In this document: positions 39,611 through 49,758 of the stretch, in pieces
Position numbering within the stretch: position 1 is the stretch's first letter
Layout of the letters: every line of letters starts with the position of its first letter
NCBI GenBank assembly: GCA_903913285.1
Contig: CAIWKO010000045.1
Location: forward strand, 4,068-68,067
Direction of reading: 5' to 3'
From: an uncultured Bacteroidales bacterium
GTDB taxonomy: Bacteria; Bacteroidota; Bacteroidia; Bacteroidales; CAIWKO01
Length of the DNA: 64,000 nucleotides
Made by a program: the position numbers and the translations under genes
Notes under the pieces: model-generated
Told to the model about the DNA's origin: nothing
The model's database searches: none
What the model saw: only the letters and a program-made list of their open reading frames with translations

Positions 39611-40360
39611 TCATTCCAGATAATAATCTCTTTTAAGTGTTTTGATAAGATTAACGGCATGCAGTCTGGCTTCTTCCAGTCTTACCAAATAGAACATTAC
39701 AATACCCTGAAATAACTTAGCTTTATTACCGTAGGCAATTATCTTTATTTTATCGTGGTCTATCAACTTGACAGATGCCAGTGTCTTCGGGTCAGTTTCC
39801 CATTTTAACGTCTGATGGTTCAACGGGAAACATTCCAGATTGAATAACTGCTCTGTTGCATCTAATAGTACCTTCAGATGCAATTCATAATAATCCTGCT
39901 GATTTACCACTCTTTTGGTAATATCATCATAAAAAATGATACTGTCAGCCGCATCCTTTTTCTGAATCAGTCTCATGTTACCTGCATTTTTAAGCTGAAA
40001 CATGGTCCGTTCAACAGGAATAATAAAATCGGGATGCTTAATACAGTCGCGCACGACACTATACAGCCGTGCATCATCGTTTCCCTGGCTTCCATAATTG
40101 AAACAACAGTTGGCAATGGTATCAAGTTTAAATACCCTTACCTTATTCAAAACGATTGATTTATCAATATTATTGATGTCAGTCTTCGCATCTTCCACCA
40201 TCGACATAATAAATTCTTTCTCTTTTGAATGATCGGCCAAATCTTCTCTTAACCTTTCGCCAAAAAATCCTAAAGTTACTGCTGCAAAGATCATTAAGCC
40301 CTCGAAAATATACTCCTTAAAGTTTTTTTTCCGGAAATCAGGATGGTGATGTACTTCCAT
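39611..40360 (-). CDS. Hypothetical N-terminally membrane-anchored protein.
   Basis: The protein is 249 aa. The N-terminus is HHHPDFRKKNFKEYIFEGLMIFAAVTLGFFGERLRED, a pattern I have seen in many uncharacterised Bacteroidota proteins. I know of no assigned function. Confidence 0.6.
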   Translation of the reverse strand: MEVHHHPDFRKKNFKEYIFEGLMIFAAVTLGFFGERLREDLADHSKEKEFIMSMVEDAKTDINNIDKSIVLNKVRVFKLDTIANCCFNYGSQGNDDARLYSVVRDCIKHPDFIIPVERTMFQLKNAGNMRLIQKKDAADSIIFYDDITKRVVNQQDYYELHLKVLLDATEQLFNLECFPLNHQTLKWETDPKTLASVKLIDHDKIKIIAYGNKAKLFQGIVMFYLVRLEEARLHAVNLIKTLKRDYYLE

Positions 40361-40682
40361 TTTGCAAAATTTTGGTTCACAATTTTTACATGATTATGCA
40401 ATCCTCAAAGGATCAGGTAAAGATAGTAATTTTTCAGGAATTAAATTTTATTTTTGTAATTAGCCTTGTTATACAGATTTCCCTTGATAGCGCGTGTCTC
40501 CCTGTTTGCGCACGTTTTTAGCGCCTTCTTTTCCAACTCTGTGCTGCTTCACATGGGCTATACTTTTCAGTTATCCTGTTTCATCTTCCGGCGAAAGTGT
40601 TCACATTTTATACCGATTAGAGTATACTTCTGTTCTCCTGCCTTCTCAATCAGTGCTCCTAATGCTAATCTCCCCCCGAATT

Positions 40683-41273
40683 TCAGTCGCTGCCCTGCGG
40701 CAGTTCCTCTTCCCGTATCTCGAGGTGTATCACATATCCTTTAACTCCTTTTTTGATGAAATCTTTTTCGATGGTGATTTGCATATACACATTGTTGTAC
40801 ATATCGGGCATGCCTTCTTTCTTCCCCGTGGTGAAAAAATAGCGAAAATAGTTTGCTTTGGTCGAATAATCCTTGGTCTCAAGCCTCTCGCAGTATTTAA
40901 ATTCTGTGCCTGTTATCAGTTGACCTATCGAATCGGCCTTTTGGCGCACCACCGTCGAATCTTTCAGCCGGTAATTCCACAATGAATGATAGGTATACTG
41001 TTGCTGGCTCACCATGTCAAACTTTTCTGTTATATACGAAATAGCAGCATTCGGCATCGAAAGTGTTGCTTTTGTTCGTGGAGAATAGCTTCCGTTGTAC
41101 TCAAAAAAATCCTCCCCCTTCAGATCAGTAAAATTTTTAGGCATATCCGCCAAAATCAAGTTCAGCCTCGCCTGAAACACCGAATCGGGTTTTGCAACAG
41201 TTACATTGTTTTGTGCGCTGCAGGAAGCTGCAACAAATAGCACGAAAAGAAATAAACAGTTTTTCGATCTCAT
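40683..41273 (-). CDS. Hypothetical lipoprotein.
   Basis: The protein is 196 aa with a signal plus lipobox (FVAASCSAQ). I recognise no family. Confidence 0.55.
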   Translation of the reverse strand: MRSKNCLFLFVLFVAASCSAQNNVTVAKPDSVFQARLNLILADMPKNFTDLKGEDFFEYNGSYSPRTKATLSMPNAAISYITEKFDMVSQQQYTYHSLWNYRLKDSTVVRQKADSIGQLITGTEFKYCERLETKDYSTKANYFRYFFTTGKKEGMPDMYNNVYMQITIEKDFIKKGVKGYVIHLEIREEELPQGSD

Positions 41274-41285
41274 CTTCTGTCTGGT

Positions 41286-43586
41286 TTAATTGGCATATAG
41301 TGGAGGCTTCTCCCAGTTGGCCATTTTCAGGTTAGGAGTGTTGCCCATAAAAAACTCGATCAGGCCTCCGGCCTCGATGTCCTTGTGGGTGATATAATTC
41401 TTTTCGTAAGGAATGCCGTTGAGCAGTATCTTTTGAATATACACATTGGCAGCGCTGGCATTGTTGGTTTTAACGGCGAATTGTTTGCCATTGGCCAGAT
41501 GTATGGTAGCTTTTTTCAGTTGCGGCGAACCCAAACAATAAATGCCGTTGGCCGGATTTACCGGATAGAACCCCATAGCGCTAAAAACATACCAGGCCGA
41601 CATCTGTCCGCAATCTTCATTGCCCGAATATCCCGAAGATTGATCGTTGTATAGTTCGTTCACTATTTTCGCGGCATAGTATTGTGTCTTCCAGGGTTGG
41701 CTGGTGAAGTCATACAAATACACGATGTGGTGGCTGGGCTCGTTGCCGTGAGCATACTGCCCGATAAAACCCGATGCATTTCCGTTCACATCGCCGGGTT
41801 TGGCTGCAAGCGTGAAAAAAGTGTCGAGTTTGGCAATAAAGTTCTTGTCGCCGCCCATCAGCCCGATAAAAGCAGGCACATCCTGCGGCACATACCATAA
41901 ATATTGCCAGGCGTTGCCTTCCGTAAAAGGATATCCGCCGTTGCCGCCATAGGCTAGCGGGTTAAAAGGTTCTATCCATTCGCCTTTGCTGTTTTTTGCC
42001 CTGAAGAAACCTGTTTTTGCATCATACAGATTTTTGTAGCTTGCCGAACGTTTGATGAAATAGTTGTAATCGGCTTCGAAGCCCATCTTTTTGGCCATCT
42101 GAGCCACGCACCAATCGTCGTAAGCAATTTCGAGTGTCAGCGACACCGACTGGGTTTGCAGGTCTTCGGGGAAGTAGCCGTATTTATCAAGCAGCTCAAA
42201 AGGAGCATTTTTATGCGATGTTTTTGAAGAGCCTTTCACCGCTTCGTAAGCCTTTTTATAATCGAAGCCTTTGATGCCTTTAAAGTAAGCATCCACAATA
42301 ACAGGTATCGCATGGTTGCCTATCATACAATAGGTGTCGGTTCCCCACAATTGCCAGATGGGCAGATAGCCATAGGTTTCGTACTGGCGAAGCATGGAGT
42401 TGATGAACCCGGCGCTTCGTTCCTCCTGAACCAGAGTATACAAAGGATGTGCAGCGCGGTAGGTATCCCACAGCGAAAAAGTGCTGTAATGCTTTTTATC
42501 GGGAGCTTTGGCAGGACTGTTGTCGGTGCTCAGATAATTGCCCGAAACATCGGCTATATTGTTGGGTTGGATGAACAGATGGTAGAGCCCCGTGTAGAAT
42601 ATGCTTTTTTGTTGATCGCTTCCTTCCACATCTATGCACAAAAGTTCTTTGTTCCAGCTTTGTTTTGCCCGTTCAGAAATTCTGTCAAAGTTAAAATCTT
42701 TTATTTCGGTTAGGAGGTTGGCTTTGGCTCCTTCCGCCGAAACCGACGAAATGCCTACCTTAACGATCAGGGGTTTATCGTTGTCTTTACTGAAATTCAT
42801 CACTATTTTAAGTTCCGAATTGTTGGCAACCGGAACATCAGCAAACTCATACTGTCCGGCCTTCATCACATGTGTATCGAAGGGGCGCGAAAACTCAGCC
42901 CTGAAATAAACCTTGCGCAATTTCGCCCAGCCCGAAATAATGCGGTAGCCTTCAATGGTTCTGTTATCAACAACTTTTACGTGGGCGGAAATTATTTTAC
43001 AATAGCGGTAAGGGCTATTCCTCACCAGCGAATGATCCAGATCAACAATAAGGTGGTAAGGGTTTTTGTTAGCAAACGTATAGCGGTGCATCCCGCAATG
43101 TTCCGTCGCGGTCATTTCGGCTTTGATGTTATAATCGTCCAAAACCACGCTGTAATATCCCGGTGATGCTTTTTCGGTCGCATGTCTGAATTTGGAACGG
43201 AAACCTTTTGTTTTGCAGTCGTCGCTGCCTGCTTTCCATTGGATGTCGCCCCCGTAAGGCATGAACAGAAAATCGTAAAGGTCTGGACATCCGGTGCCGT
43301 TCAGATGCGTGTGGCTAAACCCAAGTATGGTCGAATCTTTATAATCATAACCGCTGCAAGGATCGTCAGGATATTCCCTCGTGTCGGGACTCAACTGCAC
43401 CAGCCCGAAAGGCAGACAAGCTCCGGGAAAATTACTTCCCGAAAGGCTCAAAGTATCCATGGCTCCTGTTCCTATGAAAGGATTGACAAATTTTGTATAG
43501 TCCTTTGCTTGTGGTTTGTTTTGACCGGGCCTGCATCCGAAAATGAACAGGGTGGCAGTAATAAGCATAAACAATAACTTTTTCAT
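41286..43586 (-). CDS. GH92-family alpha-mannosidase.
   Basis: The protein is 766 aa with a lipoprotein-type signal. It contains FVNPFIGTG, GFSHTHLNGTGC, WDTYRAAHPL and QYAHGNEPSHHIVYLYD, which are characteristic of GH92. Confidence 0.9.
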   Translation of the reverse strand: MKKLLFMLITATLFIFGCRPGQNKPQAKDYTKFVNPFIGTGAMDTLSLSGSNFPGACLPFGLVQLSPDTREYPDDPCSGYDYKDSTILGFSHTHLNGTGCPDLYDFLFMPYGGDIQWKAGSDDCKTKGFRSKFRHATEKASPGYYSVVLDDYNIKAEMTATEHCGMHRYTFANKNPYHLIVDLDHSLVRNSPYRYCKIISAHVKVVDNRTIEGYRIISGWAKLRKVYFRAEFSRPFDTHVMKAGQYEFADVPVANNSELKIVMNFSKDNDKPLIVKVGISSVSAEGAKANLLTEIKDFNFDRISERAKQSWNKELLCIDVEGSDQQKSIFYTGLYHLFIQPNNIADVSGNYLSTDNSPAKAPDKKHYSTFSLWDTYRAAHPLYTLVQEERSAGFINSMLRQYETYGYLPIWQLWGTDTYCMIGNHAIPVIVDAYFKGIKGFDYKKAYEAVKGSSKTSHKNAPFELLDKYGYFPEDLQTQSVSLTLEIAYDDWCVAQMAKKMGFEADYNYFIKRSASYKNLYDAKTGFFRAKNSKGEWIEPFNPLAYGGNGGYPFTEGNAWQYLWYVPQDVPAFIGLMGGDKNFIAKLDTFFTLAAKPGDVNGNASGFIGQYAHGNEPSHHIVYLYDFTSQPWKTQYYAAKIVNELYNDQSSGYSGNEDCGQMSAWYVFSAMGFYPVNPANGIYCLGSPQLKKATIHLANGKQFAVKTNNASAANVYIQKILLNGIPYEKNYITHKDIEAGGLIEFFMGNTPNLKMANWEKPPLYAN

Positions 43587-43794
43587 AGGTCGGCAATTTT
43601 AACGGTAGTTCAAAAATAACTAAATTGAAAGATCTTTGTAAATTTAGAGTAAAATATTTTGACAGAAAAAAATGCATAATAAAAGAGTTTGGAAATCGAT
43701 CTCACAAATACCCTTGGGCCTATTGTTGGGGTTCGGCGAGCTAAACCAAATAATAACTACATTTGCCCTAGTGTTTACCAAAAAACAATAAAGC

Positions 43795-44964
43795 GTGACA
43801 AAACTCAACATAAAAGTGATGGCATTCAGGGATGCACCAGAAGCGGTTTTCGATGACGGGGCCAAACGAATAGCAAAACTGATGCATCCCGACAGATTTG
43901 CACTTACTGAAAGCAAGCCCGATGTGCTGTTCTTTCTTTCGGGCGGCTCCGAGCAGCTTGCGCTGGAACAGGTTGCCCCTGGGCATTTTTATGTGCTGAT
44001 AGGTTCGCAGCACGACAATGCGTATGCCTCGGCCACGGAAGTGAAGGCATGTCTGAACATGATGAAAATCCCCTCTGTGCTGCTCGACGAAGAGGAAGAC
44101 GAAACGGCAGCATTTTTGAACAATTACTTTATGGCGAAACATGCACTGGAAAACCTGAAGGGAAAGAAAGTAGGGCTCATTGGGCAGGTTTCCGAATGGC
44201 TTATTGCATCGGCCGTGTCTTCTGTTTTACTTAAAGAAAAACTGGGTATAGAGTTGCTTGAAATTCCATGGAACAGTCTGCCTCATTATTCCGGATGCAA
44301 GGCGTCGGAGACCTTTCTTCGTTCTTTTCAGGAAGAAAAACATTTTGATCTTGGCGAAACCGCGAAGGTGAGCCAACTGCTGACAGATACCATTGAAAAA
44401 TATAAACTGGATGCCATCACGGTTGAATGTTTCCCGATGGTGAATAAAGATGGCGTTACCGCGTGTTTGCCACTGGCAAGATTCAACGATACAGGATTTC
44501 CGGCAGGCTGCGAAGGCGACCTCACGGCCATAGCAGGCATGATGCTGTGCAAAGAACTCACGGGCATTGTTCCCTGGATAGCCAACATCAACAAAGTTAC
44601 GAGCAATGCTTGTATGTTTTCACATTGCACCATTGCATCCGGTCTTGTTTCGGATCTTACCGTTCGCACACACTTCGAAACGGGGAAAGGTACTGCCATT
44701 GAAGGCAATTTTAAAAGCAACACGATAACAATTTTTCGTTTCGACAATAAACTCGGCAAAGCATTCATTGCTGTTGCTGGCATTAGCAGCCGGCCAAGGT
44801 CGGCAACAGCCTGCCGCACGCAAATTGAAGTAAAGCTCACCGAAAACGAAGTGCAGTTGCTCAGGCAAAACCCGCTCGGCAATCATCATCTTTTTTTTCC
44901 GGGCGATTGCAAAGAATTGTTGCAGCTTGCCTGCCTGCTTCTCGGAATTGAAGTGCTGAACTAA
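43795..44964 (+). CDS. L-fucose/L-arabinose isomerase-like family protein (tentative).
   Basis: The protein is 389 aa. The block ECFPMV...ACLPLARFNDTGFPAGCEGDLTAIAGMML resembles the sugar-isomerase family core. The start is GTG at 43795, with an alternative ATG at 43819. Confidence 0.5.
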   Translation: MTKLNIKVMAFRDAPEAVFDDGAKRIAKLMHPDRFALTESKPDVLFFLSGGSEQLALEQVAPGHFYVLIGSQHDNAYASATEVKACLNMMKIPSVLLDEEEDETAAFLNNYFMAKHALENLKGKKVGLIGQVSEWLIASAVSSVLLKEKLGIELLEIPWNSLPHYSGCKASETFLRSFQEEKHFDLGETAKVSQLLTDTIEKYKLDAITVECFPMVNKDGVTACLPLARFNDTGFPAGCEGDLTAIAGMMLCKELTGIVPWIANINKVTSNACMFSHCTIASGLVSDLTVRTHFETGKGTAIEGNFKSNTITIFRFDNKLGKAFIAVAGISSRPRSATACRTQIEVKLTENEVQLLRQNPLGNHHLFFPGDCKELLQLACLLLGIEVLN

Positions 44965-44985
44965 AACTATTAGATAAGCTTAAGA

Positions 44986-45594
44986 ATGATCAACTATCTT
45001 ATCTTCGGTTTGAGTTATGCGTTTGCCTGTGTGGTGCAGCCGGGTCCCTTTCAGGCTTTTCTGCTGTCTCAAAGCCTCACGAACGGATGGCGAAAAACAA
45101 TTCCGCTGGTATTCGCACCTTTGGTAAGTGATATTCCCGTCATAATTCTGGTATTGCTGGTGATAACAAATTTACCTCAGGCAGTTTTGTGGGGGCTTCA
45201 GTGTTTGGGAGGCTTGTTTCTCATATTTCTTGCATTCAATGCCTATAAAAGCTGGCGCAACTTTAATAATAAAAAACAGGATATTGTTCCGTATAAGAAC
45301 TTTTTCAAAGCAGTAGTGGTTAGCCTGCTGAATCCGAATCCGTACCTCGGATGGAGCTTGGTGTTGGGCCCCATATTGATCAAAGCATGGACGGCCAGTC
45401 CGGTCAATGGCGTTGTTTTGCTGACAGGGTTTTATGGTTCTATGGTCGTTTATTCAATCGGTATGATCTGGCTTTTTGCTGCTGCCAGAAACTTGGGGCC
45501 GAAAGTAACCCGCATATCGATTGCAATTTCGGCAGTCGCCTTGCTGATCTTTGGCATTTACCAGTTATGGTCGGGCATAAATGCATTTTTATAA
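44986..45594 (+). CDS. LysE-family amino-acid exporter.
   Basis: The protein is 202 aa with 5-6 TM helices. The N-terminus GLSYAFACVVQPGPFQAFLLSQS and the motif LNPNPYLGW fit the LysE/RhtB type. Confidence 0.8.
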   Translation: MINYLIFGLSYAFACVVQPGPFQAFLLSQSLTNGWRKTIPLVFAPLVSDIPVIILVLLVITNLPQAVLWGLQCLGGLFLIFLAFNAYKSWRNFNNKKQDIVPYKNFFKAVVVSLLNPNPYLGWSLVLGPILIKAWTASPVNGVVLLTGFYGSMVVYSIGMIWLFAAARNLGPKVTRISIAISAVALLIFGIYQLWSGINAFL

Positions 45595-45686
45595 TGCTTA
45601 CGAAAGATCCAAAGTTCAAGGTGGAAAATATTTCCATGTCTTTTGATTAAATAAAAAAAGTATTTTTACCCTAAAATCTATTGTTT

Positions 45687-46514
45687 ATGAAACATCTTAT
45701 TTATCTGGCAGCTTTGATTTTTCTGCTGGGCTCATGCAGCCCCAAAGCGGGGGAAAATATTGTTTCCATTCATACCACCTATGGTGTCATCAAGGTGAAA
45801 TTATACGATAAAACGCCGCTGCACCGCGATAATTTTCTGCGTCTGGCTTCAGGCGGTTTTTTCGACAGCACACTTTTCCACAGGGTGATACACGGTTTTA
45901 TGATTCAGGCCGGAGACCCGATATCGAAACATGCCCGGCCGGGCCAATTGCTGGGTGATGGCGATACCAACTATAAAATACCTGCCGAATTTGTCGACGA
46001 ATATCTGAACAAGCGTGGCGCTTTGGCAGCAGCCCGCGAAAGTGACGATGTAAATCCTAAAAAAGAATCATCAGCATGCCAGTTCTACATAGTACAAGGG
46101 CACAAATTCACCGATGCAGGCCTCGATTCGGCCGAGCGCAAACGCGAACGATACACAAAGTCATTTATCCTCATCGATATTCTCAAAAAGAAGAACGATA
46201 GTACTGAATTGAAAAATTTTCAGCAATTTGTTGAGCAACGTGATATTCCGAATGTTTATAAGATGCTGGATAAATACCATGAGGCCGTGGATGCAGAATA
46301 TGCAAAAACCAAGGTCTGGAAATTAAGCCCGACTCAGCGCGAAGTGTATAAAACGGTGGGAGGGGCACCTCATCTTGACGGAGCATACACGGTTTTCGGC
46401 GAAGTGATCAGCGGTATGGACATCGTAGATAAAATAGCCGCACTGAAATGCGATTCGAACGATCGCCCTCTGAAAGATGTCAGATTGTGGATGAAGGTTG
46501 AGAAGAAAAAGTAA
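45687..46514 (+). CDS. Cyclophilin-type peptidylprolyl isomerase lipoprotein with a helical insertion.
   Basis: It has FHRVIHGFMIQAGDP and a C-terminal YTVFGEVISGMDIVDKI. About 80 aa is inserted between the conserved halves. The lipobox is LLGSCS. The ATG at 45687 is preferred over the TTG at 45681. Confidence 0.85.
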   Translation: MKHLIYLAALIFLLGSCSPKAGENIVSIHTTYGVIKVKLYDKTPLHRDNFLRLASGGFFDSTLFHRVIHGFMIQAGDPISKHARPGQLLGDGDTNYKIPAEFVDEYLNKRGALAAARESDDVNPKKESSACQFYIVQGHKFTDAGLDSAERKRERYTKSFILIDILKKKNDSTELKNFQQFVEQRDIPNVYKMLDKYHEAVDAEYAKTKVWKLSPTQREVYKTVGGAPHLDGAYTVFGEVISGMDIVDKIAALKCDSNDRPLKDVRLWMKVEKKK

Positions 46515-46619
46515 GCCTGGCAATCCATAGTGTTCTTTAGCTTTTCTAAAAGGCTGATGATGTTAATAAAAAAGCCTGTTCCTATCGAACAGGCTTTTTT
46601 CATGATTATAAAAGGAATA

Positions 46620-47507
46620 TTATTCAATGACCTTAGCTTCCACAGCCTGCAAAATAGCTTTGCTATCGTCATCATATACATAAGCCACCACTTTGCAATG
46701 TCTGTCGACCCAAGTGGTATTGAGGGTTTTTTTATAGGTTCTGATCATGGTAGAATCCTGAGCAACACCACCACTGGTGAAGGTTTCGCCGTAAGTTCCA
46801 ACAAATTCATCGCGCATCACGTTCATGAAAACATAATTCGAAATTTCGGGTGTGGTTCCTACAGCGGAGTTGTTGTTGCTTTGATAGCCAATGATACTGT
46901 CTTCTGCTACATAAAGAGCTATTTTTAGATTTTGAGTAGATGCCGTGAGGAACCTGGTTCTGACATGCGAACAAAGTTTGCGGGTAGTAGCATCGTATTC
47001 GTTGATGATCTGCATGGACAGAACCGGAGTTTCTGCCAGAACCTGTTCGGCTTTAGCTTGCCAGGTGCTGGGCGTTAAATAGGCATAAGTGGTTCCGTCA
47101 AGTTTTTCTCTGTTAAACATGGCACTGGGTTCACCTGTGACTAAAAAATCGGTATACAATTCTTCACCATGGGTATCAGGGCGTAGATCTAGGCTGTAGT
47201 TTCCGTCTTCGGGGTCTGCCAGACTGCTTGCGTGGATCTCGAGCACGATAACACGACTTCCGTAACTTTGTTGTTGTATAAGGTCCAGATCATAAGCTCC
47301 AGTAGGGCAATAAACGCATTTATGTCCAGTGAATTCTTCGATCAATACGGTTTTTGCCGGAGCGGGAAAATCGGGAAATGCAGGCACAGGACAATCGGAA
47401 ACATCGGTTACTTTCATGTAAGGTTCTTTGACTTTATCGCACGAAACGATCAAACCTACAACTCCTGTGAAAAATAATAAGACGGCAACAATTATAACTT
47501 TTTTCAT
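46620..47507 (-). CDS. Omp28-related / thioredoxin-fold lipoprotein.
   Basis: The protein is 295 aa with lipobox LIVSCDK. The block VLIEEFTGHKCVYCPTG (a CxxC) is typical of Omp28-related outer-membrane proteins. Confidence 0.65.
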   Translation of the reverse strand: MKKVIIVAVLLFFTGVVGLIVSCDKVKEPYMKVTDVSDCPVPAFPDFPAPAKTVLIEEFTGHKCVYCPTGAYDLDLIQQQSYGSRVIVLEIHASSLADPEDGNYSLDLRPDTHGEELYTDFLVTGEPSAMFNREKLDGTTYAYLTPSTWQAKAEQVLAETPVLSMQIINEYDATTRKLCSHVRTRFLTASTQNLKIALYVAEDSIIGYQSNNNSAVGTTPEISNYVFMNVMRDEFVGTYGETFTSGGVAQDSTMIRTYKKTLNTTWVDRHCKVVAYVYDDDSKAILQAVEAKVIE

Positions 47508-47520
47508 AAGGCAATAATTT

Positions 47521-49182
47521 TTAGAAACTACTTGTTAATGTAAGCGTCAAGCCATTGGCTGCGGGAACAAATCTGCAAACACCGCCAACGCAGAAAATAC
47601 CGGCACGCTGACGGCCGTAATTCAGTGATATGCGTGTCGACCCGATAGCATATGCAGTGGCTACACCAAAATAATGAATTTGTTTGGCAGTAACCGGATT
47701 ACCATAGTTATACTGATCGGACAACGAGAAGAACCATTTGGGTGCTATAGTATATTCAACCATGGCATAAGCCCACGAGCCGTCGCCTTGAGTGGTATAC
47801 ATATACTGCAGTTCGGTGCGGATAGAGTTTTTGTCGTTGATATTGAACGTAAGATCAGCAACACCTGTATGCGAATATATGTTTGGCAGATCGTGTCCTT
47901 CGATTACTTTCGTGTTATAATTAATATAAAAATAACTCAATATCATCTTGAAAGTGTGCGTAAACTTTTTCGAGAACTCGATATTGAAATTCTGGTAATT
48001 CACTTCTTTTCCTATTTTGAAGAAATCGGATTTGTATCCCAGAGTTCCTGTAGAATCAATAGGTGTAACATCATTGATCTTTTGTTTGTCAATGTTATTG
48101 TATTGAGAGTAGGTTATTGAAAAGAATGTTCCGTATTTTCCACCTAAAGCAGATTTGCGTTTGAATGAGAATATGGTTTGAGCCTGAACGCCGAACTCAC
48201 CGTTGGGCTGCGTAGCATAAGGATACATGGCCGGCAAACTGTAGGTGGTTTGTTTGGTGATCGCAGGAATATAATTTATATTGAGATCGCTTCCCGAGGC
48301 ATCACGATCGGTCTTGTAGCTCATATTGTCGGTGCGGATGGCTGCCAGATAAAATCCCATACCTTTTTTAGCATAGGTAGCCTGAATCAGCGTGGCCTCA
48401 CCGGGTTTATAGATGCGGTTGTTAATGGCAGACGGGTCGTTAATTTTATGGGCATATTCTCCGTTAATACTGAAATTTTTATAGGAGATACTCGCGCGTC
48501 CGGCGTAAGAGCATACATTCTTAGGCAGAGTGTAAACAGGGTCGCTGGCATCCTGATATTTGCTGACAAAACTTCCGCCTACAGTTACCCTCAGATTTTT
48601 ATTGTTCAGTTTGGTGAAAATGTCGTTGATAGAAAATTCGGCATCACCTCCTCGGATAACTCCTGGGCTCAGTGCAAAATAAAAACGTTGCAAACCCCAA
48701 ATTCCTTTCAGCGTGATCCCTTTCCAGGGACGGAATTTCACATTCAATCCGTTCAGTGAATTATCGTAACCCAAACTAAAATCCTGCCACGAACGGTAGA
48801 TTAAACCTGACCCGAACTGATCGTAAGAATTACCCACTGTTACTGTGAACTTATCTTTTTCGAAAGAGATGTATTTGTAAGGAACACCAACCCCTTTATA
48901 TCTGGGATCGTATCCTTCCAAACCATAAAGATAATTCTCGAATCTGAAACCTGCTGCAAAAGGTCCGTTGGTATAATTGACATTTACAAAGGAATTCATT
49001 AAAGCTTTTTGTGGAACATCGGGAGCTCCTATCAGCGAATCTTTATTGTAGTACATTCCATCGAATTCAAAATCTCCGCTTATATGGCTATTTTGTAAAA
49101 ACTTATCAACTACCTGTGCATTTAGGTTTATTGAGAAGAAAAGACAAAGCACAACAAACAATAAAAAATATCGGTGTTTCAT
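47521..49182 (-). CDS. Outer-membrane beta-barrel protein. It resembles the family I recall annotated as DUF6029 (unverified).
   Basis: The protein is 553 aa with a signal peptide, beta-strand periodicity and a C-terminal LTLTSSF with terminal Phe. It sits 13 nt upstream of the Omp28-like gene and 36 nt downstream of the TlpA-like gene. Confidence 0.6.
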   Translation of the reverse strand: MKHRYFLLFVVLCLFFSINLNAQVVDKFLQNSHISGDFEFDGMYYNKDSLIGAPDVPQKALMNSFVNVNYTNGPFAAGFRFENYLYGLEGYDPRYKGVGVPYKYISFEKDKFTVTVGNSYDQFGSGLIYRSWQDFSLGYDNSLNGLNVKFRPWKGITLKGIWGLQRFYFALSPGVIRGGDAEFSINDIFTKLNNKNLRVTVGGSFVSKYQDASDPVYTLPKNVCSYAGRASISYKNFSINGEYAHKINDPSAINNRIYKPGEATLIQATYAKKGMGFYLAAIRTDNMSYKTDRDASGSDLNINYIPAITKQTTYSLPAMYPYATQPNGEFGVQAQTIFSFKRKSALGGKYGTFFSITYSQYNNIDKQKINDVTPIDSTGTLGYKSDFFKIGKEVNYQNFNIEFSKKFTHTFKMILSYFYINYNTKVIEGHDLPNIYSHTGVADLTFNINDKNSIRTELQYMYTTQGDGSWAYAMVEYTIAPKWFFSLSDQYNYGNPVTAKQIHYFGVATAYAIGSTRISLNYGRQRAGIFCVGGVCRFVPAANGLTLTLTSSF

Positions 49183-49218
49183 GATTATTATGATGTTATA
49201 AAAACAATAGTTTTCAGG

Positions 49219-49758
49219 TTAATTAACTTTTTCGCCTTTGGCCACTTTTCTTACAATGTCGATCAAAGTAAGTTCGCTGCCTTGTGAAAAAGAAGTGTGT
49301 TGCCAAACAATTTCACCGTTTCCGTTAATTACAAATGTATGCGGAACCAGATTCACATTCATGGCACGTTTGAATTCGCTGTTCACATCAAGCAGAACTT
49401 CATAATCCCAGTTCTTACCATTGACGGTGGTTTTTACATTACCCGATGTTTTCATATCATCAATAGAAACAGCAATAAGTTTCACTCCGGTTTCTTTTTG
49501 CCAATCGGGATAAACATCAGCAATAGTAGTAAGTTCGTTAACACACGGTTTGCACCAGGTAGCCCAAAAACTGATAATGATCGGTTTCCCGTTATTTGAA
49601 ATATCAGCAGTATTGATAGTTTTTCCATCAAGCGTTTTCAATTCAACAGACGGGATCTTTTTCAATCCTAATACACCATTGGCCTGATTGTTTTCTTGTG
49701 CAAAAAGAAGTGATAAACTAAGAAAAAACAACGAGATACTTAAGAAAATTGTTTTCAT
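49219..49758 (-). CDS. TlpA-family thiol-disulfide oxidoreductase.
   Basis: It has a signal peptide and IISFWATWCKPCVNE (WCxxC). The start is moved to the ATG at 49758 (MKTIFLS...). Confidence 0.85.
   Translation of the reverse strand: MKTIFLSISLFFLSLSLLFAQENNQANGVLGLKKIPSVELKTLDGKTINTADISNNGKPIIISFWATWCKPCVNELTTIADVYPDWQKETGVKLIAVSIDDMKTSGNVKTTVNGKNWDYEVLLDVNSEFKRAMNVNLVPHTFVINGNGEIVWQHTSFSQGSELTLIDIVRKVAKGEKVN

Noticed and set aside
40466-40985. Plus-strand ORFs of 92 and 163 aa.
   Set aside because: They largely overlap the better-supported minus-strand lipoprotein gene (40683-41273). They have an odd Cys/Phe/Ser-rich composition with no signal or motif.
41385-43577. Numerous plus-strand and minus-strand ORFs of 60-130 aa overlapping the GH92 gene, and similarly 43432-44889 around the isomerase-like gene.
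   Set aside because: They lie inside a confidently identified gene in a GC-rich stretch where stop codons are rare. None has a recognisable motif.
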